Sequence record: SRR20825006_443
Reading direction: 5' to 3' (one strand)
Length of the DNA stretch: 44,487 nt
In this document: piece by piece, positions 39,282 to 44,487 of the stretch
How positions within the stretch are numbered: the stretch's first letter is position 1
How the letters are laid out: each line of letters begins with the position of its first letter
Program-made: the position numbers and the translations under genes
The notes under the pieces: generated by a model
Seen by the model: the letters and a program-made list of their open reading frames with translations, nothing else
Databases searched by the model: none
What the model was told of the DNA's origin: nothing

Positions 39282-41825
39282 TCAGTTTTGCGATTGCGGA
39301 TCAAGCAATCTCTCAAGATAGGGCTTTTCCAGTGGGATCGGTGGTTCGGCATCATTCAGGCGGTCACGGATCGCATCCAGAATCTCACGCGCACGCTGCA
39401 CTGTAATCTCATCGGGAATGTCGACATTCTCACCGAAATCAAGGCCATCCGATCCCGGCTCGCGCCCAAGCGGATCGCGCCCGGCCTGATTGCCCCACCC
39501 CATCTGTCCGTTGGGACCACGTCCCTGCCCCTCGCCTTCACCGGCCATAAGACTATTCATCATCTGCTGCGCCCCCTGCCGCAGCGCCTCAAGAGCCTGC
39601 CCCTGCCCATCGACGGCGGCAGAGCCTTCGCCCTCACCAAGCGATTCGGCGGCACCATCCATCGCCTCCCCGGCTTTGCCGAAGCCTTCCGAGGGCGGCA
39701 TCCCGAGTTCAGACAACTTGTCCTGAAGCTGCTGCAATTCATCCGAAAGCGTCTGCTGACGCTCCTGCAACTGCCTCAACGCCTCGCGCAACTCTTCAGC
39801 CGTCATATCACGCGGTGCTTTTTCGCCTTCGGTGCCTGCTTGCGGGCTTTCATCCTGGCGCGGCGGCGGATCACCCCACTGTTCGCGGTCGCGAAGCTGC
39901 TGATCATACTCAAACGTCTCATTCATCAGTCGCTGCTGCTCCTGGATAAGCTCGCCGAGCCTGTCCACCTGCTGACGCATCTCCGAATTTTGCTGCCCAC
40001 CCTGATTTTGCGCGAAAGAAGACGGCGGTTGCAGATTGTTCATCATCCGCTGCAATTGCGACAGGAGCTGTTGCGCGGCGTCCCGATCACCGGAGCGTGC
40101 CAGATTTTCCAACTGGTTTAGCAAATTCTCCAAATCGTTCTGGCGGAGAACTTCCGCATTTTCAGACATGTTGGGCTGCATATTCTGCATCTGCGCTGCC
40201 ATCTCGGACATATATTGTTGCATGGCCTCACGCAGTTCCTGCATCAGCTTCGCAATTTCGGCGTCGCTGGCGCCTTCTTCCAGAGCGCGGCTCAAGGCAT
40301 CCTGCGCTTCACGCAGGCGACGCTCGGCATCAGACAGCGCTCCATCTTCAATTCCGGTGGCGATATCCCACATATAGTCCGCCGTATCGCGATAGGTTTC
40401 GGGGTCATCCGCCAGCGTCATGCGGGTCTGGGCTGTCTTTATCAGCAGATAGCGTGTCGGGTCGGCAATCGTTTCGGAAGGGCGCAGTGTAATAGCGCGG
40501 CTATAGTCTATGGCCTTCGGCATATCGCGGGCATCGAGCGCGAAAATCTGCCGCTGCTCGGCAACCGCGCCGGCCAGAAGATTGAAGAATGACCGCGATG
40601 GCATCACCATTTCCAGCGGTTCGCTTTCACTCACATGTCCGCTGGCATCCTCGGCATAGAGAGTGATTTTGACCGGTTTTCCCGAAAGCGGATGCTCGGT
40701 AAGGTTCCGGCTGGTCATGGCCGACTTATCTTCGCTTGAACGCCTCGGCAGATTCAATGGAAAAGACGGTGGCGGATAGACCGGCTCAGCATCCGCATCC
40801 ACATTTCCGGCAGATTCGATCTCGGCATATGCAGATGTAACGCCATAATCATCACCGACAGTATAGGCCAACTCCAATGAACCGTTTGCAGCCGCACTCG
40901 GCTTGCCATCAAACGCAATAACGGGAGGTGCATCGGCGACAACCTCTATCGGCCAGTTCTCGTTTGCAGCCGTCAAGATGCCACTTTGATCGAGTGTGAA
41001 ACTTGCGCTTTTCGCCATCTCGCTGCTGGTCAGCGTGTCGGGTTCAAGCGCACGGCCATCTTCACCTTCATAACTGATATCACCATCAACGCCGCGACCG
41101 GAAAGACGAACAGTGACCACAGATCCGGCAGGAACATCAGTCACCGGCTCCGCCATGTCGTGCCTGAGATAGACCGGCGCCCTGCCGGTATAGGAGGGCG
41201 GGGAAATCCAGGCGTCAAATCGCAATGCAAGCTGTGTATCAGCATCATCCGCCGGAGAGATAAGAACATCGGTTATACGACCGGAACCGCTGGCACCTGC
41301 ATAAAAAAATGCGACGAACAGCAACAAAACCGGAAAAGCCCTGAGGCCATATGGATCCACCGGGGTAAAATCAGGCGAGGGAAAACCAATGTCGAGATGG
41401 CGAACTTTTTCCGCCATGCGGCGCTGATGCGCCCGCCAGAGCGCCACGGCCTCCGGAGCCCCACCGGCAGGCCGGTCAGAACGCACGCCAATGGCCTGAT
41501 GGGCCAGCGCATTTTGCGCTTCGAGGCGACGCTCGGCGGCTGCTCTTGAGGGAAAGCGGATATGCCGCAGCGGATGCAGGCTGAGTGCGAACGCAATCGC
41601 CAGGACGATACCGAGCGCAACACGCAGAACAAACGGCAATGCGTAGAAAAGTCCGAGCCAGGAAAATGATAAAAAGAGCGCGATAATACAAACCGGCCAC
41701 AACAGGCGCGGCAACAGCGTTTCGAGAAACAGGTTGCCCCGCGCAAGCCAGCGTTTACATGCGATCCGGCGCATCATCGCCGCATCCGATGTCGGGTTTT
41801 CTGCTTCTTTGCGATCAACCATCAA
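39282..41825 (-). CDS. TIGR02302 (DUF4175) family membrane protein with long Gln-rich coiled coil
   Basis: N-terminal TMs, ALW.AH..R, DPY.LR, DAW..PP.YTG, DDYGV, GRDPLGR, QRAR.IL, YLERLL. Confidence 0.85.
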   Translation of the reverse strand: MMVDRKEAENPTSDAAMMRRIACKRWLARGNLFLETLLPRLLWPVCIIALFLSFSWLGLFYALPFVLRVALGIVLAIAFALSLHPLRHIRFPSRAAAERRLEAQNALAHQAIGVRSDRPAGGAPEAVALWRAHQRRMAEKVRHLDIGFPSPDFTPVDPYGLRAFPVLLLFVAFFYAGASGSGRITDVLISPADDADTQLALRFDAWISPPSYTGRAPVYLRHDMAEPVTDVPAGSVVTVRLSGRGVDGDISYEGEDGRALEPDTLTSSEMAKSASFTLDQSGILTAANENWPIEVVADAPPVIAFDGKPSAAANGSLELAYTVGDDYGVTSAYAEIESAGNVDADAEPVYPPPSFPLNLPRRSSEDKSAMTSRNLTEHPLSGKPVKITLYAEDASGHVSESEPLEMVMPSRSFFNLLAGAVAEQRQIFALDARDMPKAIDYSRAITLRPSETIADPTRYLLIKTAQTRMTLADDPETYRDTADYMWDIATGIEDGALSDAERRLREAQDALSRALEEGASDAEIAKLMQELREAMQQYMSEMAAQMQNMQPNMSENAEVLRQNDLENLLNQLENLARSGDRDAAQQLLSQLQRMMNNLQPPSSFAQNQGGQQNSEMRQQVDRLGELIQEQQRLMNETFEYDQQLRDREQWGDPPPRQDESPQAGTEGEKAPRDMTAEELREALRQLQERQQTLSDELQQLQDKLSELGMPPSEGFGKAGEAMDGAAESLGEGEGSAAVDGQGQALEALRQGAQQMMNSLMAGEGEGQGRGPNGQMGWGNQAGRDPLGREPGSDGLDFGENVDIPDEITVQRAREILDAIRDRLNDAEPPIPLEKPYLERLLDPQSQN

Positions 41826-41958
41826 TCCCTGCTGGTCTGCCGGACGGAACCGGCATGTTCTCGAGCCACCTCAGGAAAACCATAACACGCATTGTGTCCA
41901 GAGCGAGGAGGCAAGCACATCTCATGCCGGGCGCAAGGTTCACAACTTGGAGAGCGCC

Positions 41959-43224
41959 TCAGGCGAGCCACTCTGGAAGGCTGTCCAGCCCGATCAGCTC
42001 ATCATATGAACCGCGTGGACGGATGACATGAAATTCTTCGCCGTCCACGAGCACTTCCGGCACAAGCAGCCGCGTATTATAGGTTCCCGCCTGCACAGCA
42101 CCATAGGCACCGGCGGTAAAAACCGCCATAAGGTCGCCCGGTTCAGGCCGCGGCAGATCACGGTCAAGCGCCAGATAGTCGCCGGTTTCACAGACCGGGC
42201 CGACAACATCGGCCTTCATGCGTTCCGCCTCCGGTTTTAAAACAACGGGGCGGATATCATGATGTGCCTCATAAAGCGTCGGGCGGATCAGATCATTCAT
42301 CGCACCATCAACGATGATGAAGTTCTTGTTCTCCGCATCTTTGACATAGATGACTTCGGTGACAAAAATCCCGGCATTGCCTGCAACCATGCGACCCGGT
42401 TCGGCTACGATCTTGCAGTCTAACCCCGCCAGCTCTTCGCGGATCACAGCGGCATATGCCGTCGGTTCAGGCGGTGGATCATTGTCGAAATGATAGGGAA
42501 TGCCAAGCCCGCCGCCGACATCGACGTGATCAATCTCATGACCGGAAGCACGCAGTTCCTCCACCAGCTTGCGCATCAGCCGGAAAGCATCGCGGAACGG
42601 CACAAGATCAGTGATCTGGCTACCGATATGCATATCGATACCGGAAACACGAATGCCGGGAAGACTGGCCGCACGGGCATAAATTTCATGCGCACGCTCA
42701 AAGGAAATACCGAACTTGTTTTCCTTCTTGCCGGTCGAAATCTTCGCATGTGTTCTGGCGTCCACATCCGGATTAATGCGGAAAGAAACCGGTGCCTGAA
42801 GACCTTTCGCCAAAGCTCTTGCGTTTAAAACGTCAAGCTCAGGCTCGGATTCCACATTGAAGCAGTAAATACCGGAATCCAGGGCAAAATCGATCTCCCG
42901 AACGGTTTTGCCGACACCGGAAAACACGATCTTTTCAGCCGGCACCCCTGCGGCAAGCGCCCGGCGCAACTCCCCTTCGGAAACCACATCCATGCCTGCA
43001 CCAAGCCTGGCCAGCATGGTCAAGATTGCCTGGTTGGAATTGGCCTTTACCGCATAGCAGACAAGCGCATCATCGCCCTTGAAGGCTTCGGAAAAAACCT
43101 TGAAATGCCGCGTGAAAGTGGCTGTTGAGTAGACATAGAAGGGTGTTCCGACGGCACTCGCAATCGCCGGAACGGAGACGCCTTCGGCGAAAAGAACGCC
43201 ATCGGAATACTGAAAATGATTCAA
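41959..43224 (-). CDS. lysA: Diaminopimelate decarboxylase
   Basis: YAVKANSN, DVVSEGE, HIGSQ, GGGLG, EPGR, GPVCETGD, GAYG. TTG start. Confidence 0.96.
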   Translation of the reverse strand: MNHFQYSDGVLFAEGVSVPAIASAVGTPFYVYSTATFTRHFKVFSEAFKGDDALVCYAVKANSNQAILTMLARLGAGMDVVSEGELRRALAAGVPAEKIVFSGVGKTVREIDFALDSGIYCFNVESEPELDVLNARALAKGLQAPVSFRINPDVDARTHAKISTGKKENKFGISFERAHEIYARAASLPGIRVSGIDMHIGSQITDLVPFRDAFRLMRKLVEELRASGHEIDHVDVGGGLGIPYHFDNDPPPEPTAYAAVIREELAGLDCKIVAEPGRMVAGNAGIFVTEVIYVKDAENKNFIIVDGAMNDLIRPTLYEAHHDIRPVVLKPEAERMKADVVGPVCETGDYLALDRDLPRPEPGDLMAVFTAGAYGAVQAGTYNTRLLVPEVLVDGEEFHVIRPRGSYDELIGLDSLPEWLA

Positions 43225-43233
43225 GGGAAATAC

Positions 43234-43509
43234 CTAGTCCAGCAAACGGTCGAGAATAAATTGATTGCCATCCGAAGAGGCTGTCGGCCCGGTATCGAGC
43301 ATATCGCCGGATCCATCGAATACGACCGGCTTGTCATTCGGCGCAATCTGAATGTTCTGCTCGGCAGAAGACGCCTTCTGTTTTTCGGCCTGAGCGCTCT
43401 GTGTCTGCGGATTGGCAGGCGGCGCTTCAAGAGGGCCCTTGCGTCCGCAGGAAGAAAGCGCCAACGCACTCATTAACAATGCCGCCGTGGCAATGGTGAT
43501 CTTTCGCAT
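43234..43509 (-). CDS. lptM: Small lipoprotein, LptM/YifL (LppL) family
   Basis: Lipobox LSSC followed by GRKGPLE.P; located immediately upstream of lysA. Confidence 0.75.
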   Translation of the reverse strand: MRKITIATAALLMSALALSSCGRKGPLEAPPANPQTQSAQAEKQKASSAEQNIQIAPNDKPVVFDGSGDMLDTGPTASSDGNQFILDRLLD

Positions 43510-43618
43510 GGCCTGCCCTGTCGAAAACGTGGCGACCCCGAAACGGGGTCAGTGAGTAATCATCGGTAACCTAAATAGCGGATACGCAATGGCTTGTGCA
43601 CCCTCTATCTTGGATGAT

Positions 43619-44487
43619 TTAAACCTGCTCGCGCCACCAGGCGATCTGCTGGCGCACGCCATCGGGTGAAGTTCCGCCAAAACTGATGCGGCTTGCAACA
43701 GAGGCTTCCACGGTCAACACATTGAAAATGCCGTTGGTAATCGCCGGGTTGATAGACTGGAACTCTTCCAGTGACAGCTCGGCAAGGTCGCAGCCCTTCT
43801 TTTCCGCCAGAGCCACAGCATGGCCGGTTGCATGATGGGCATCGCGGAAGGGAAGCCCCGCCTCACGCACCAGCCAGTCCGCCAGATCCGTCGCAGTCGA
43901 AAAGCCCGAACCGGCAGCTATCTTCATCGCTGCCGCATTCACCGCCAGATCACCAACCATTCCGGTCATCGCCGCAATGGCGAGATCAAGGTTTTTTGCT
44001 GCATCGAAAACCTGTTCCTTGTCTTCCTGCATGTCCTTAGAATAGGCTAGCGGCAGACCCTTCATCACCGTCAGAAGCGCAATCAACGCTCCGTTGATAC
44101 GACCGGTTTTGGCACGCACCAGTTCGGCAGCATCCGGGTTTTTCTTTTGCGGCATAATCGAAGAGCCGGTGGAAAAGCTATCCGACAGGCGCACGAAATT
44201 GAACTGCGGCGTCGACCAGATGACGATTTCCTCCGCCAGCCGGGAAAGGTGCGTGGCGCAAATCGAAGCAAGCGACAGGAATTCCAGCGCGAAATCGCGG
44301 TCCGATACCGTGTCGATGGAATTGCGCGTCGGACCACCGGAAAAACCGAGTGTTTCCGCCGTCATATGGCGGTCTATGGCAAAGCCGGTGCCTGCAAGGG
44401 CAGCCGCGCCAATCGGACTCTCGTCTAGATGTTCGATGGCATGACGGACACGCTTGCGGTCACGGCCGAACATCTCGACATAGGCCA
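43619..44487 (-). CDS. argH: Argininosuccinate lyase; 5' part beyond the window
   Basis: [51 protein letters not shown]. Confidence 0.96.
   Translation of the reverse strand, partial: AYVEMFGRDRKRVRHAIEHLDESPIGAAALAGTGFAIDRHMTAETLGFSGGPTRNSIDTVSDRDFALEFLSLASICATHLSRLAEEIVIWSTPQFNFVRLSDSFSTGSSIMPQKKNPDAAELVRAKTGRINGALIALLTVMKGLPLAYSKDMQEDKEQVFDAAKNLDLAIAAMTGMVGDLAVNAAAMKIAAGSGFSTATDLADWLVREAGLPFRDAHHATGHAVALAEKKGCDLAELSLEEFQSINPAITNGIFNVLTVEASVASRISFGGTSPDGVRQQIAWWREQV

Noticed and set aside
39282-40320. Repetitive Gln/Glu/Leu-rich stretch in TIGR02302
   Set aside because: Normal coiled-coil composition for this family, not a DNA tandem repeat.
1-44487. CRISPR arrays, tRNA/rRNA genes, IS elements, integrases or prophage genes
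   Set aside because: No regularly spaced direct repeats, cloverleaf signatures, or transposase, integrase or phage ORFs were seen. Intergenic gaps are short and largely explained.

Overview
Core-chromosome window (roughly 55-58% GC by eye) from a Hyphomicrobiales/Rhizobiaceae-type alphaproteobacterium. It holds about 45 mostly housekeeping genes: a partial DME-type malic enzyme, a short putA, a LuxR solo, tdk, an orphan choV, nolR, an omega-aminotransferase, a MotA/MotB-like pair, suhB, a diguanylate cyclase, gapR, pyk, yhhQ, rpmB, gloB, hisC-tyrC, ftsE-ftsX-ydcF-plsC, hpt, a CpdR-like regulator, TIGR02302, lysA, lptM and a partial argH. I found no tRNA, rRNA, CRISPR array, prophage or IS element. 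Four signals stand out, and all are untested. (1) A ~30-nt element with the layout of a class I preQ1 riboswitch sits over the SD and AUG of the queuosine-precursor transporter yhhQ. (2) A multi-hairpin, strand-specific structured leader lies in front of an EamA/DMT transporter. (3) A stand-alone MotA/MotB (ZorA/ZorB-like) ion-motor pair has no flagellar, Ton/Tol or Zorya partners nearby. (4) A non-AHL LuxR solo faces an unusually short PutA. Gene calls come from motif recognition and remembered gene order only; no searches were run.
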